A stretch of DNA of 64,000 nt from Basidiobolus meristosporus CBS 931.73 (Eukaryota > Fungi > Basidiobolomycota). The notes under the pieces are model-generated. The model did no database searches and was not told the origin of the DNA. It was given only the letters and a program-made list of their open reading frames with translations. The stretch covers positions 104,489 through 168,488 of the forward strand of contig MCFE01000109.1 of NCBI GenBank assembly GCA_002104905.1, given 5' to 3'. This document shows, piece by piece, positions 35,424-49,805 of the stretch. The translations under genes and the position numbers were made by a program. Every line of letters begins with the position of its first letter. The stretch's first letter is position 1.

Positions 35424-36304
35424 ATGACTTCCCAATCCTGGTCCCCTAGCAACTACGCCACACACGCGAACTTCGTGCCAAACCTGACTGTCGATGTGGT
35501 GAAGCTGCTTCAGCCATCATCCGAATGGAGCATCTTGGACCTTGGTTGTGGTGATGGCGTGCTCACGAAGAAGCTGGAGGGCATATGCAACAAGGTGGTG
35601 GGCGTTGACTCAAGCCCAGAAATGATTGAAGCGGCCAAGCAACTCGGTTGCCAAGATGCGAGAGTCGTTGATGGCCATGAGCTTGATCCTGCTCAGTTCG
35701 AGGAAAAGTTCGATGCGGTGTTCTCCAACGCAGGTAACTAGATTCCAAGAAGTGGCTTCGTCATCGTGTCACGTGTGATTAATTTGTTTGAACCAAGCAC
35801 TACACTGGATGAAGAAGGATCCAGCGGCCGTGATCCGCGGAGTCCGCGATGTATTGAAGCCTAATGGAAGGTTCGTTGGGGAGATGGGTGGTCACCTCAA
35901 TTGCCATGGTTAGTAGCGATCAGCGATCCGACTTCCCGTACGATCCTAAAATTTCAACATCAGAGCTACATTCGGCGCTCATCCATGCGGTGAACAAACG
36001 CGGACAGAACGGAGTCGAGCTCTCCCCTTGGTTTTTCCCCACCGTAGAAGAATATGCTGAGCTCCTGGAAGCTAATGGATTCAAGGTTGAGCATATTGAA
36101 CTCGTACCCCGTATTACTCCTCTTCCAACCGATGTGGGTGGATGGGTAAGGACTTTCGGTGGAAGCTTCTTCAAACCCTTCGACAGGGAAACCCAAGAAG
36201 AAATGATTCAGGAGGTGATGGATTTCCTGAAGCCGGTGTGCTACCGACAAAATCAATGGTCAGTCATGTATGTTAGGCTTAGGTTTGTCGCATTCCGAGC
36301 ATAA
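35424..36304 (+). CDS. Class I SAM-dependent methyltransferase (Tam-like), 3 exons
   Basis: ILDLGCGDG, VVGVDSSPEMI, FDAVFSNA|ALHWM and LKPNGRFVGEMGG. Confidence 0.9.
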
Positions 36305-36775
36305 GAGGGGCGAGGATGATTTTTAAAATAGTTTTATTGATATTTTGATTGGATCCGGCTAACGATGGACGTTACCTATTGAGAATGAACGGTTAGAGTA
36401 TGATCATGAATAGGACAAAACTGAGAAAGATTGAAAGCGTTTCAGTAGGAACAATTGGTAAATAAAGTTATGAATCATGGAGTTGCAATCATGAAATCAC
36501 GTGTCATCATGTACGCTGGTTGGGAAGAATAAATGAAGTAGGTACTTACCAAGATGTCTGAGGAAGGTGAGGAGCTATGGGGGTACTCGCTACAGTTTTA
36601 TACGTGAAGAAAAAAATTCAAGGGTACCTGGCATAACCAAGATCCACCCCAAAACATTCCATTCTCTTCCATCACCAAGGGTGGTTAATTTGATGTTTAG
36701 TTTATTCCACTGCGCAAACAATATCTACATCATGCCACTAGATTCATCCTACATTAGCCTTGTACTCTTTGAGCA

Positions 36776-37268
36776 ATGTCGTCCGAAGCAGCCAGTCCAA
36801 AGTTCAAGGTCCACCAATTCTCCACACTATACCTGAATGAGCCCATTTATTTTCAGGTGATTCTTCTCGAAGATAGCGTTTTTGTGTGGATGGGGAATGT
36901 CCTGACTCTTGAAGCCTTGGCAGTTGCTATGCCACCGCGTAATCAGGTTATTAAAGGTAGTCTATTGTTGAAGAGAACTTTTCCAGGCTAACGTTCAGTC
37001 TAGAGCTTCAACGTCAACGCCACAAACTTGCTGGGAAACTCACCTACCGATGTTGATACCAACTTTGCCAAGCGCTTAGGTAAGGCTTAAAAAGCAGATC
37101 TTTTTGGACCGGTGTTCTAAAGCGTACTTTCTGCTCTTCTTCTCGCCAATAGCGTCGAAGTTCAAGCGGCAGTTTTTCGTCAGTTCGCAACTCCCAAGCG
37201 ATCCTGAACACCAGGTCTTTGCCGAGCGTGAGGTCTTCCGTAAGCTCAAGGAACTTCTAGAACAATAG
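36776..37268 (+). CDS. PSMG4: Proteasome assembly chaperone 4 (PAC4)-like, 3 exons
   Basis: Spliced about 120 aa: SVFVWMG...LAVAMP...ATNLLG...FAKRLASKFKRQFFVSSQL...FAEREVFRKLKELL. Confidence 0.75.
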
Positions 37269-37540
37269 ACTCTTCGAATAAATGACGGACGTTTTTCGTG
37301 ACCACTCGCCCGAAACGTCAGTAACGTAGTGCGTAAAAAACTGACGTGCGTTCTACCCTCAGCCATGTACTAAGAAACTACAATCTTCACACTATACAAT
37401 ACACTTTTCCCCACTACCTCATGCATGTTCTTTCACATACATGCATATACCTTCAGTATACTATTTGTCCAGAATACTGATTTGTGCTTCGAAACTGTGG
37501 ATCTCAATCAAGTAAACAACTCCACACGGAGCCCCATCAC

Positions 37541-37938
37541 ATGATCAATCAATGCGTTAGCGCATTCAATGAATGCCATACATCAAGCATTAATCAGACC
37601 AGAATAGCCTTATGCCTAAAGACAGACATGATTGCTTCGGAAATGGAGAAAACCTCTCTGGAGCAGCTCACCAAGCGAAAAGCCCGGATCGAAACGTTGA
37701 CCGCGCAGATCGAAGAGGATTTGGAGATGTTGAATTTGGCCAACTCCAGTGTCGTCAATGATGTGGAGCAGCTGGAAATCATTTGTCGAGAATCACAGCA
37801 CAAATTTCTGAACATCCAAGGTAACCAGAGCGCCAGTGGTGCATAGGATCATCAAGACGCTTACCAGAGTTATTGAATCAAGTGACAGCTTTGAAACTCA
37901 AACGCGAATACCTGGAGAGAGCCGAGCTGGAGAAGTAG
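37541..37938 (+). CDS. Small hypothetical coiled-coil protein, probably spliced
   Basis: Heptad-like LEQLTKRKARIETLTAQIEEDLEML; donor CAAG|GTAACC and a plausible last exon SSRRLPELLNQVTALKLKREYLERAELEK. The start is unknown. Confidence 0.4.
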
Positions 37939-38170
37939 TGGTGAAGTTGGATCACGGTGCTGCATGCCCAACAAAGAGAGCAACGATATGTGGATTGCGA
38001 ATTGGTTGATATTATAATTGCGATACTAATTTTGCATTGTGACTGAACGCCAAGAATATACAGCGTAGATTATGAACATTTGTGGATCCATCTAATCCAT
38101 TCTGGTCAAAAATACACTAATCCGTTTATGTCTAGAACACTTGTGAAATACAGGGATTGATTCTATCGTG

Positions 38171-39181
38171 TTATTGGCTTCTTCTTACTGGGGTGGTTGA
38201 ACCGTGGTCCACGAGTATATTCTGCAGATGATAGACTCTGGTAGTTGTGTTTCCGTAGCGTGGAAGGTGCGATGTATCTGCTTCATCTATGCTCTCTTCC
38301 ATGTTAGTGACAGGTAGTGTACGGGGTGAGAATGGCTTGTCACAGTTGTGTGCCCTTAGGGAGGGGAAGTATTGTCGATAGGAGAAATAGGCAGTGGACA
38401 TTCCTATGATCGCGCCCGCAACCACATCAGACCAATGATGTCTGTAATCACATATACGGGAGATTCCAACCATGACAGCACCCATGATTGGCAGCGAGAC
38501 CAGAAAGCCTTTGTATGCGTGGCCACGTCCGTCAAATAGGAGCATTTTGCCTGCTATATATAAGCTGAGATAAGCCAAACCGGCAAATCCCACTTATGTC
38601 TGGTGAGTGAATGCTTCCCTATGGCTGATGAAATACTTACAGGAGGTGTGTCCACTTGGGAAGCTCTTGATCCCGTCAAGAAATATAGACCGATTTGTTT
38701 GGGTGCAGATTGATGTGGTGGTCAAACCAAGTAAGGGATCATTCGGAGGTTGCCCATGTTCGTACCGGATTTGGCATCGGGACAGAAAATCGGGACGATG
38801 CCGACCGACGCTGATCTTCAAGATATCCGTAAACATGATTGCTAGAGACAAGGACAAACATAGCCCCAATAATGCATTGTGGCAGTCGTAAGGGCTGCGC
38901 TTGATCCCCAACGAAATCAATACTATCGTTGACAAAGGCACCACAAACGCGAATATTGCTCCCAACCAGATGGGAACCATCTCTCTTTCTTGGTAAGGAT
39001 AACTGATGGACTTGTTTTGCAAGGAGAACATCCTGTGGAACGGGGGGATCCTATCAATCAACAAGAAGCCCGCCATGAGAACCAACACCAAAGCCCAATC
39101 CTTCATGTAAGATAGGGCCAGCTTTCTCAAATATCCCGGGGGATAGCTACCATGCAGCATCCGGTACTGAGGTACGCCCAT
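38171..39181 (-). CDS. PAP2-family lipid phosphate phosphatase (Dpp1/Lpp1-like), 2 exons
   Basis: KISVGRHRPDF, SFPSGHTS and SRICDYRHHWSDV, with transmembrane segments. Confidence 0.93.
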
Positions 39182-39611
39182 CCTGATGTTGCGAGGGCAA
39201 AGGTAAAGAAAAGTCAGGGCTTCAACGGCCGAGTATCCAATTTATAAACGTTTGATGGCCAATCTCGATTAGGCAAGTTGATCAAGTCACCTGTCCTTCT
39301 TGTGCCCACGAGGATCTTGAATAAGCCTTGGAAATCATGCTGTACCACACTAGGCTCAAGTAGCCAGTAACTAGGAATCGGTATTATACAAAAAAGTGAA
39401 CCTTTATTAATTGCCAAAACCTAGACTAGATCCACGCCTACTGTCCATCCACTGGCTGATCAATGGGGTGGTGATAAGCCGTAGATATCTCCCTACAGTA
39501 GGAGGGGCCTTCAAAATTTTCGATCCTCTGGGGAAATCGTTCGGCGGGAAACCCTGGGCAGAGTTCCCCATTCCCACTGGTAGGCATCCACTAAAGGGCT
39601 ATGATGGTTTT

Positions 39612-41364
<1,753 letters not shown>

Positions 41365-41671
41365 TCTCTCAGTTACTTTTACCGCAGTTACAGACAATAG
41401 GATGGGAAAATCAAACACAAGGACCAAACAAGGAGTTTTATATACGGGAACTGTACAAAGAGGAGTTTCGAAAGGCGTAGAGGAGAAAAACAGTATATGG
41501 GAATCAAAAGATTTTAGCGTCAATGCCCAGAAAAAATCGGATCTAGAATTGTCTTAAATTCCAAACTCTATCTCTCTGGCAGGGAATTTGTGCGGTGGAG
41601 CGTGGGACATGAGGCCGTAAGAGAAAATTCCCAAAAGCCCTACTTTTCCCAAAATGTCCCTTACTGGGCAA

Positions 41672-43606
41672 TCAATTAGTTCTCCTTATAGTGAATCGTT
41701 CGTTGGTGTTTTGCCTGGAAATGCGGATATCGACATTCTTGACACCCTGGATCCGCACCCACGTCGTACCAAGCATCCTCATCATTTTGAGAAACACATA
41801 ATCTTGCCAATTATTGGTTGACCAATCACTCTCACCGAAATCCACGCGAATACCGTCCTGATGGAACCGCACGACACCCTGCGTCTCTACCATGGATCCG
41901 GTAGCAACATAGCTCACGCTAAATCCGTGCAGCAGGGTTTCGATGCTTACTCCCTTTTCCAGCAGAAACTCCACCACCTCGAGATGCACGCGTTTGACCG
42001 AAATCTCCAGTGCCTGCGCAAGGGTCGTTTCTTCTATGGTCTGCATATGCTCATAGATCATCCGGACAATGTCCAGCTGGCCTTTGGAGACGCACAGCAA
42101 AAAATGGCTCGGTTCGGCCGCGACGCCGTTGTCGAGCAGAAATCGAATCATTGTGTTGGAGGAGAAGCGTGCGTCCAACGCAATACCAAGCAGCGACCTG
42201 GAATGGCTCAACGGCGGGAGCTGGTCCTCCTCAAGCAGGGTTTGAAGGAATTTATGGAAGCCTGCACTCACCATTTTACCAAGTAGCTTCTCGGTCACTA
42301 AGAGTCCACTTTTCAGTAGAATCACGGCCAATTGGACGTATGTCTTTCTGGTGACTTCTTGCTGGTCGATAGGTAGCACACCGTATGTCCATCTCTCATA
42401 CTCGGAGTACCCGCCATTGGTGAAATTAAACCCAGTATTCCATAATGCTAGCCCGTCCGATGCGTTCGGGTTCACTCCGGTCGATAGAAGATGGCTAACA
42501 AGTGTACTGGTGAAGTGATGTGGATAGAACAGACTGCATGCCAGCAACGCCTCCTCGCACCACACCGTTCTACCCACTCGACTTAGCCTGGCGCACGCGT
42601 CCATAGTGAAATCGAAAATCTGGACATCGCAGGCGCACAGGCAGATTTGCTTCAGGACGGACTTCCACGGCTCGAGTTTAAGGGACTGCCTCGCGTTGGG
42701 GTGCATCTCCCAGCTATCCAGCCCAAAGGAAATACGGCTATTGGGGCAAACGAGCGTGTCCAGGGTAAGTTGGATGGCTTGCTGACTTCCTCGAGCCAAG
42801 CCAAGCCCGAAGGCCCGCATGAACCCGCAGAAAATGCCGTCCCATATATCGCTCTTGTGAGGCGACCGGTGAATCATGCATTCCAGTGTTTCCAGGTCTC
42901 CCTCTTTGATACAGGCAATTGCGTGACACATGGTGTATCCTACTCGGAACTCCTTCAGCATCATCAATGTTACCTCGCGTGCCCCTACTCCTATGGAATA
43001 TGCGAGAGGGAATCGCTTTATCACTTGAGGATCGGGCGAGTCATGAAGTATGAGACTCAGCGTAGAGGGGTTGTTGTCCCGCACGGCCGCAAGTAGTATA
43101 GAGTCGAACATTTCTTCGTATCTGTACCTGTGTTCTTTTGCCAATAGCTTCACTACTTCCTCGTCCAGGAAGGCGGGATTTCGGGGGAGACACTTGTAGA
43201 AATTCGAGATGAATCCATGGTTGTGGTAGGGATCTGCTCTCAGCCAGCGGCCGTAGGTAGTAAGATCTTCTTCAAACGAATAGTCACTCTGGTATTGTCT
43301 CCAGTACAGTAAGGCCAGCTCAGAATCTCCACCATCCAATATGTCCTCAACCAATCGCTGGTTACTTGAAGCTTCCTCAGATCCATTGCTCTGCTGCTCA
43401 TTCCTATCAAGCCAGGTGGTTTCCTTGGGAGAGAATTGCGACCTAGCCCTTAGATAAGTATATATCAGCCACCTTGTCTTTAGGCCAGTCGAGGACAGTA
43501 TCAATTGCCGCAGATCTCTCGAAACCCAAGTCCATACCACCAGAGAATCCGAGAAGGCCAGAATATCCTCCAGGACTCGCAGTGGCAAACCAAGCAAATC
43601 TGACAT
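41672..43606 (-). CDS. Intronless F-box-like and ankyrin-repeat-like protein
   Basis: A 672-codon ORF with likely start MSDLLGLPLRVLEDILAF (F-box-like) and ankyrin-like segments such as LLCVSKGQLDIVRMI and ISVKRVHLEVVEFLLEKGV. Confidence 0.7.
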   Translation of the reverse strand: MSDLLGLPLRVLEDILAFSDSLVVWTWVSRDLRQLILSSTGLKTRWLIYTYLRARSQFSPKETTWLDRNEQQSNGSEEASSNQRLVEDILDGGDSELALLYWRQYQSDYSFEEDLTTYGRWLRADPYHNHGFISNFYKCLPRNPAFLDEEVVKLLAKEHRYRYEEMFDSILLAAVRDNNPSTLSLILHDSPDPQVIKRFPLAYSIGVGAREVTLMMLKEFRVGYTMCHAIACIKEGDLETLECMIHRSPHKSDIWDGIFCGFMRAFGLGLARGSQQAIQLTLDTLVCPNSRISFGLDSWEMHPNARQSLKLEPWKSVLKQICLCACDVQIFDFTMDACARLSRVGRTVWCEEALLACSLFYPHHFTSTLVSHLLSTGVNPNASDGLALWNTGFNFTNGGYSEYERWTYGVLPIDQQEVTRKTYVQLAVILLKSGLLVTEKLLGKMVSAGFHKFLQTLLEEDQLPPLSHSRSLLGIALDARFSSNTMIRFLLDNGVAAEPSHFLLCVSKGQLDIVRMIYEHMQTIEETTLAQALEISVKRVHLEVVEFLLEKGVSIETLLHGFSVSYVATGSMVETQGVVRFHQDGIRVDFGESDWSTNNWQDYVFLKMMRMLGTTWVRIQGVKNVDIRISRQNTNERFTIRRTN

Positions 43607-44768
43607 TCTACCGTCTGCACCGTTCTGAAAGTAGGGAGCTAGCCATTGTTGACAAGTTTCCCCCACCACTTGAATCAAAATCCTGACCACCCTGATTAAC
43701 CCTAAGCTGTCTTGATGATCAGCGAATCCAGTGGTGGGAATCTCGGTGGTATTCTAGGTTCTCTTCGTACTCTATGATGCTAGCTTGCTTATTCGTGTAT
43801 CGCCATTTCACGCCTCTTTGTTAATACCATGGATGTGAATTTGGGCTGCTAGTTAAGCATGGAGATGTCCCTCTTACTCTTACTCAATACTCGCCACCCT
43901 AACAAGCAAACGCACACTTCTACAAATTGTTACCAAATAGCTTCCATGTCCCCCATACATTTTGGCTGTGTTGAGTGAGCACGATATACCACCTGACTCT
44001 CCTCAAGCCTCTGTGAAATTCACATGGAGGGTTTTCACAAAATATACCATCCAGCAGCCTTACATCAGCATAACCTAAAGTCATATATTCAGTGCTGACT
44101 CTGATGCCTCAAAATCTATCTAATACACAATATGAGGCTTAACTAATACATCGGATTCCATCTTATCAGTCTGTAGGATGATTTGGTTGATTTTTTATTT
44201 CACCTAGGTGCATCCAGCTGTGAAGGCCTTGAAAGGATTGGAAAGGATTGAATGAACCAGTAGATTATGTAGCCTTCACTCAATGATTTGCTGGATGTAA
44301 AAACTGCTGCAAGATTCTAGGGTGTATTGGAAGTGATTTGGAGGACTGGAAGAACTATATGGTATTCACTTAATGTGTATTTGTGGAGCTCAAAGTATAT
44401 TATTTGTACTTCTAGGGGAGCTTTGTGATAGCTGATATAAGAATGACTCAAGAAATGTGCAAAGAAGTTGTACACAAAGTCTGGGGACTTTGGGAAAATA
44501 GCTCATATCTTAAAAACTAATTTTTTTGTAAATAAATCATCATTGAGTAGTAAACTAAACAGAATCTTAAGGTATATAAATGTCTATCAGTAACTGCATA
44601 TTCAAAGCCAAATGGCATTTATAATCCTGCAAGGTCTTAGTAGAACAATCATGTAAAATATGCCTAGGAATATCCCAGAACCATGTGTCAATTTTGGAGG
44701 TTTCAAACAATGTTGGACTTTGATGTTCTGGGCACTTATCATGTGGTACATATATTCTTTGGTATTTT

Positions 44769-45100
44769 TGTTGTAAGAGTTTTGGAGATATTGGAAGTGA
44801 TTGGGAGGACAAGTAGATTATGTGGTTTTCACTTAATGATTTATTGAATGTAAAAGTAGTAATTATACTTTTACATAGTCTTGGCATAAAAAACAAGTAG
44901 AATAAGTTAAGGAAGATCCCAAGAACATGTGTGCAAAGTTTGGGGCTGTTTGGACAACTTATGCGAATTTTCATGTTTTGGGTAAATATTCTAAGTAAAT
45001 CCCAACAAGGAATTTGGTCAGTATTCTCTAGGATTTGAAGGTAATGATCTAAGTGACTATGTTAGGTGAATATTTAGGTGAATTACAAATTTCTACAACA
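44769..45100 (-). mobile_element. Copia solo LTR, 332 bp
   Basis: TGTTG...CAACA termini with a perfect 5-bp TSD ATTTT; homologous to 56962-57311. Confidence 0.9.
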
Positions 45101-45987
45101 ATTTTGCCCTAATTTTCTGTTGGGAATCACAAAGCTACAATCAGAGTGACTAAGTACATGGAGAGTATAGGCTTAAATACTAAATGTATACTTCACCTCA
45201 GATCTTGAGTGCACCATACTCTAATTCATCTCTTGTGCTGCAGACCACAAATGTTGGAATTAGTCCAGCTCTGGCTTCCAGGAACTGCATTAGCTACATA
45301 TTATAAACACTTGATCTCCATGATTCAAATATTAGTTAATTGTCACTCCTAATATCAGTGAGTATCTTCTGCTTGTAGACTAGTCAAATACACTGAAATA
45401 ATTACTTAATCACTTAAATCATTGTCTACATATCCTCAGAGATCTGTCTAACTTCCTTGATAGGACTCACTTCAAATATTCCATCTGACATAACAGGAAC
45501 CTAAACATGAGTGGTTGCATATTTGCCCAAACAGCCCCTTAATTTGCTCAAATGTTGCTGGAACCACAAAAGCATACTTAACATTCCAGTTTTGCCAAAG
45601 CCAAGCTGAGCATCAGGACCATTTCTACATTAAAGATGCCATCAAGCAATAATTGCAGACCCTACTAGTTCCCCTAATTACTTCCAATATTTCTAGAACT
45701 TGAACAATGCTACTGATCCTTTAGAGAAATGAGCTTCTCTTTTAGCATCATTCTATAGGACACTTCTCTTAACCACCATTTCCATTGTCAGAACTTGTGG
45801 TAGGGGCCATCCATCTGTAGAGTAGAGGGCAAAGTATGGGTGTTAGCAGTAGGAAATCAATGTAATGAAACTAGCAAGGAATAACCTCATGTAGAGATTT
45901 TAAGAGTAGCAATGTATGCAAGTTGGTGTGGCAACTTTCACAAGCCCCAGGAGTGCAATAAAGCTAGGACTTCTTATGGTGGTCTAT

Positions 45988-46340
45988 GTAGCAAGAGTCT
46001 TGGAGATATTAGAAGTGATTGGGAAAACAAATAGATTTTGTGGATTTCACTAAGTGATTCATTGAGTATAAAAGTATTATTTGTACTTTTAAATGGATGT
46101 GGCAGGAAAGCATACAAAATATGCTTAAGAAGGTCCCAGGAACATGTGTACAGAGTTTGGAGCTGCTAGGGTAATCTTAAGAAATTTTATTCTCTGGGTA
46201 CCTGAAGTTTTGGTCAAAATATTTCAAGTGAATCCCACCTGAGAATCTCATCAAAGTTCTCTAGGATTTGGAGTCAATGATCCAAGGAGTCAAGTTAGGT
46301 GAGTATATAGGTGCAATTACAGAATTTACCCCCAAATCAA
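45988..46340 (-). mobile_element. Degenerate copia LTR (a further partial copy lies at about 44290-44550)
   Basis: Shares GATATT(A/G)GAAGTGATTGGG and other blocks with the LTR family. Confidence 0.75.
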
Positions 46341-47486
46341 CAAATATCCATAAGAGTATTGTGCTTCAATAGCCCACACACCAATAGCATAATAATATGC
46401 AATTTACCCTTGAAAAATTAACAACAAAATAAGTTTGATATATTTCATAGGGGACACATAGAACAACCCAGATACATATCATACTAGAAGAATCTAAGTC
46501 AATAGAGAGGAATTCTTGATGAGTGTTTCTATAGTGCCCTTGATCAAACAACAATAAGTTTACTTGCCAGCAAATGGTATTTTATATTAGCACCCCTCTA
46601 TAACTTGAATGTTGAACTATGTGGTAGATCAACCAAATAGATGCAATGCTTCATGGTATTTGGTCAGCCATTCAGAAATAGTGTATTTGAGGTATGAAAG
46701 AGTGCTCAAAATTCCTATTAGCTAGCTTCTTGTAAACAAGGCTCTTTCCTAATTGTGTCATCAAATATTGCCATGTGCCCTTCTAGCATCTTACACTTAC
46801 AAATGCCATCATAGTAAGTGTTATTTGAGTCCCAATACAGGGATTGGGGAAACTTCCAAATGGTACAGTTTCCTCACCAACAAGTGCAAGTTCACTTTAC
46901 CCATTGGGTGATCATAGTCTTCTCACAGTTCTTATTTGAGTATTGCCTCCTTCCAATTTCTTATTTCAACATTACTGCAGTAGGGCAGTACAGGCATGAG
47001 TAGTGCTACAGGCAGATAGCAATGGCAAAAGCAGAAAGGGTTGTTAGGACAATAATGTTAGTGCCTATGGTTCTGAAAGCAGTAACAGAGGTATGGAAAC
47101 AGTAGAAATGCAGCAAGTGCTTATGATTATAGAAACAGTAACGGATATGGTAACGGAAATGGCAGTAATAGAGGCACCTAATAGAGGCGCTGGAGCCTAT
47201 GATTGTGGAAATGGAGATAATATAGGTGCCAATAGTGCTAGTATTTACAACATTGGACACGGTGGAGATGGTAATGGTGATCGGAGGTAATGGTAATGAC
47301 AGTAGTGAGGCAATGGCGGTGGTGCAGTTAAAAGTGACAACAAAAATCAGTAGTACTGTGGTGAGGAAAAAATTCAAAGGACTTGACAGGATTTGATCAA
47401 GCGAATCATCAAGCTTGAACATCTACCTGGAGAAATGAAAGTTATTAGTCAAATTACAATAGTTAAATAACTACACGCTTAGCTAG

Positions 47487-47510
47487 CCCTAACCCTAGCC
47501 CTAGCCCTAA
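47487..47510. repeat. Telomere-like hexamer run CCCTAA-CCCTAG-CCCTAG-CCCTAA
   Basis: Read directly from the sequence. Confidence 0.8.
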
Positions 47511-47773
47511 TCCTTGCCTCTGGTACCAGGACCTATACAACACGTCATGTTCTCCCGATAGCCAAAATTGGTACCATTGATACGGTAATATCATTGTCCA
47601 AATCTAGCAGCCGCTTAAGAACCGGTGTTAAACTATTTGTTAATCCCGAAACGACGTAAATTGGCTTATCTCGGTACTTCGGCCATGATTGGTGGAATGA
47701 TCGATCGTCACAAAGGAACATGCTGGAATTTATGAGACGAATCCCGAATTTCTTCAAAACAACTCACCAGAAG

Positions 47774-47780
47774 TATAAAA
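47774..47780 (+). promoter_or_regulatory. TATA box of Hsp70
   Basis: TATAAAA about 90 bp upstream of the ATG. Confidence 0.6.
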
Positions 47781-47864
47781 GCACACTGGCTCCAAACTGG
47801 CTCGACACTCAATATATCCTAATACCACATACACTTTCATTTACTCTTAATCACATAACACGCC

Positions 47865-48875
47865 ATGTCTAAAGCCGTCGGAATCGATTTGGGAACCACT
47901 TACTCCTGTGTTGGTGTCTGGCAAAACGATCGTGTCGAGATCATTGCCAACGACCAGGGTAACAGAACCACTCCTTCCTATGTTGCTTTCACCGACTCTG
48001 AACGTCTCATCGGTGATGCCGCCAAGAACCAAGTCGCCATGAACCCCACCAACAGTGTGTTCGATGCCAAGCGTCTCATTGGCCGTCGTTTCAACGACTC
48101 CGAGGTCCAATCCGACATGAAGCACTGGCCTTTCAAGGTTGTCGAGAAGGACTCCAAGCCCTTGATCCAAGTCGAGTACAAGGGGGAGAGCAAGACCTTC
48201 ACTCCTGAGGAAATCTCCTCCATGATCTTGTTGAAGATGAGAGAGACCGCTGAGGCCTACCTCGGTGGTGAGGTCAAGAACGCTGTTGTCACCGTTCCTG
48301 CCTACTTCAACGACTCTCAGCGCCAAGCTACCAAGGATGCCGGAGCTATTGCGGGTATGAACGTTCTTCGTATCATCAACGAGCCTACCGCCGCTGCCAT
48401 CGCCTACGGTCTTGACCAGAAGACCAGTGGTGAGAAGAATGTCCTCATTTTCGATCTTGGAGGAGGTACCTTCGATGTCTCCCTCTTGACCATTGAGGAT
48501 GGCATCTTCGAAGTCAAGGCTACTGCTGGTGATACTCACTTGGGCGGTGAAGATTTCGACAACCGTCTTGTCAGCCACTTTGTCCAAGAGTTCAAGCGCA
48601 AGAATAAGAAGGACTTGTCCACCAATGCTCGTGCCCTTCGTCGTCTCAGAACCGCCTGTGAGCGTGCCAAGAGAACCCTTTCATCTGCTGCTCAAACCTC
48701 CATCGAGATTGACTCCCTGTTCGAGGGAATTGACTTCTACACCTCCTTGACTCGTGCTAGATTCGAGGAACTCTGCCAAGACTTGTTCCGTTCCACCATG
48801 GACCCTGTCGAGAAGGTTCTTCGTGACTCCAAGATTGACAAATCCAATGTCCACGAGATTGTCCTTGTTGGAGGA

Positions 48876-48914
<39 letters not shown>

Positions 48915-49805
48915 TACTTCAACGGCAAGGAGCCCAACAAATCCATCAACCCCGATGAGGCTGTTGCCTATGGTGCCGCTGTCCAAGCTGCTATCTTGTC
49001 TGGAGATACCTCTGAGAAGACTCAAGACTTGCTTTTGCTCGATGTTGCTCCCCTCTCCTTGGGTATCGAAACCGCCGGAGGAGTGATGACTCCCTTGATC
49101 AAGAGAAACACCACTGTCCCCACCAAGAAGTCCGAGACCTTTTCCACCTACGCCGACAACCAGCCTGGAGTGTTGATTCAAGTCTTTGAAGGTGAGCGTG
49201 CCCGTACCAAGGACAACAACATCCTTGGCAAGTTCGAGCTTACCGGTATCCCACCTGCTCCTCGTGGAGTTCCTCAAATCGAGGTCACCTTCGATGTTGA
49301 TGCCAACGGTATCTTGAACGTGTCTGCTTTGGACAAGACCACCGGCCGCTCCAACAAGATCACCATCACCAACGACAAGGGCCGTCTTTCCAAGGAGGAT
49401 ATCGAGCGCATGGTGTCTGAGGCCGAGAAGTACAAGGCTGAGGATGAAGCCGCTGCCTCTCGTATTTCCGCCAAGAACGGACTCGAGTCCTATGCCTACT
49501 CTCTCCGCAACACCATCCAAGACGAGAAGGTTGCCGGACAATTGGAGGCCGATGACAAGAAGAAGCTCGAGGAAGCCATCAACAGCACCATCAGCTGGTT
49601 GGACGACAGCCAAGAGGCCTCTAAGGAGGAATACGAAGACAAGCAAAAGGAGTTGGAAGGCGTTGCCAACCCCATCATGACCAAGATGTACCAAGCTGCT
49701 GGCGGTGCCCCAGGTGCTGCTCCAGGAGGATTCCCTGGTGGTGCCGCCCCTGGTGGATTCCCTGGTGCCGATAGCAGTGAACCAACTGTTGAAGAGTTGG
49801 ATTAA
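47865..49805 (+). CDS. HSP70: Cytosolic Hsp70 (SSA-type), intronless, 646 aa
   Basis: [36 protein letters not shown] and a GGAP-rich tail ending EELD. Confidence 0.99.

Noticed and set aside
47006-47422. Low-complexity ORFs on both strands
   Set aside because: No recognisable domain; probably degraded repeat or gag-like sequence.
47720-47760. Heat-shock element upstream of Hsp70
   Set aside because: GAA and TTC units are present but not in the nGAAnnTTCn register.
47847-49694. Long antisense ORFs (246 aa and 337 aa) opposite Hsp70
   Set aside because: A known by-product of Hsp70 codon bias; there are no independent motifs or promoter evidence.
49790-49805. Hsp70 ends in EELD rather than EEVD
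   Set aside because: A single conservative change that I cannot show to be unusual for this lineage.
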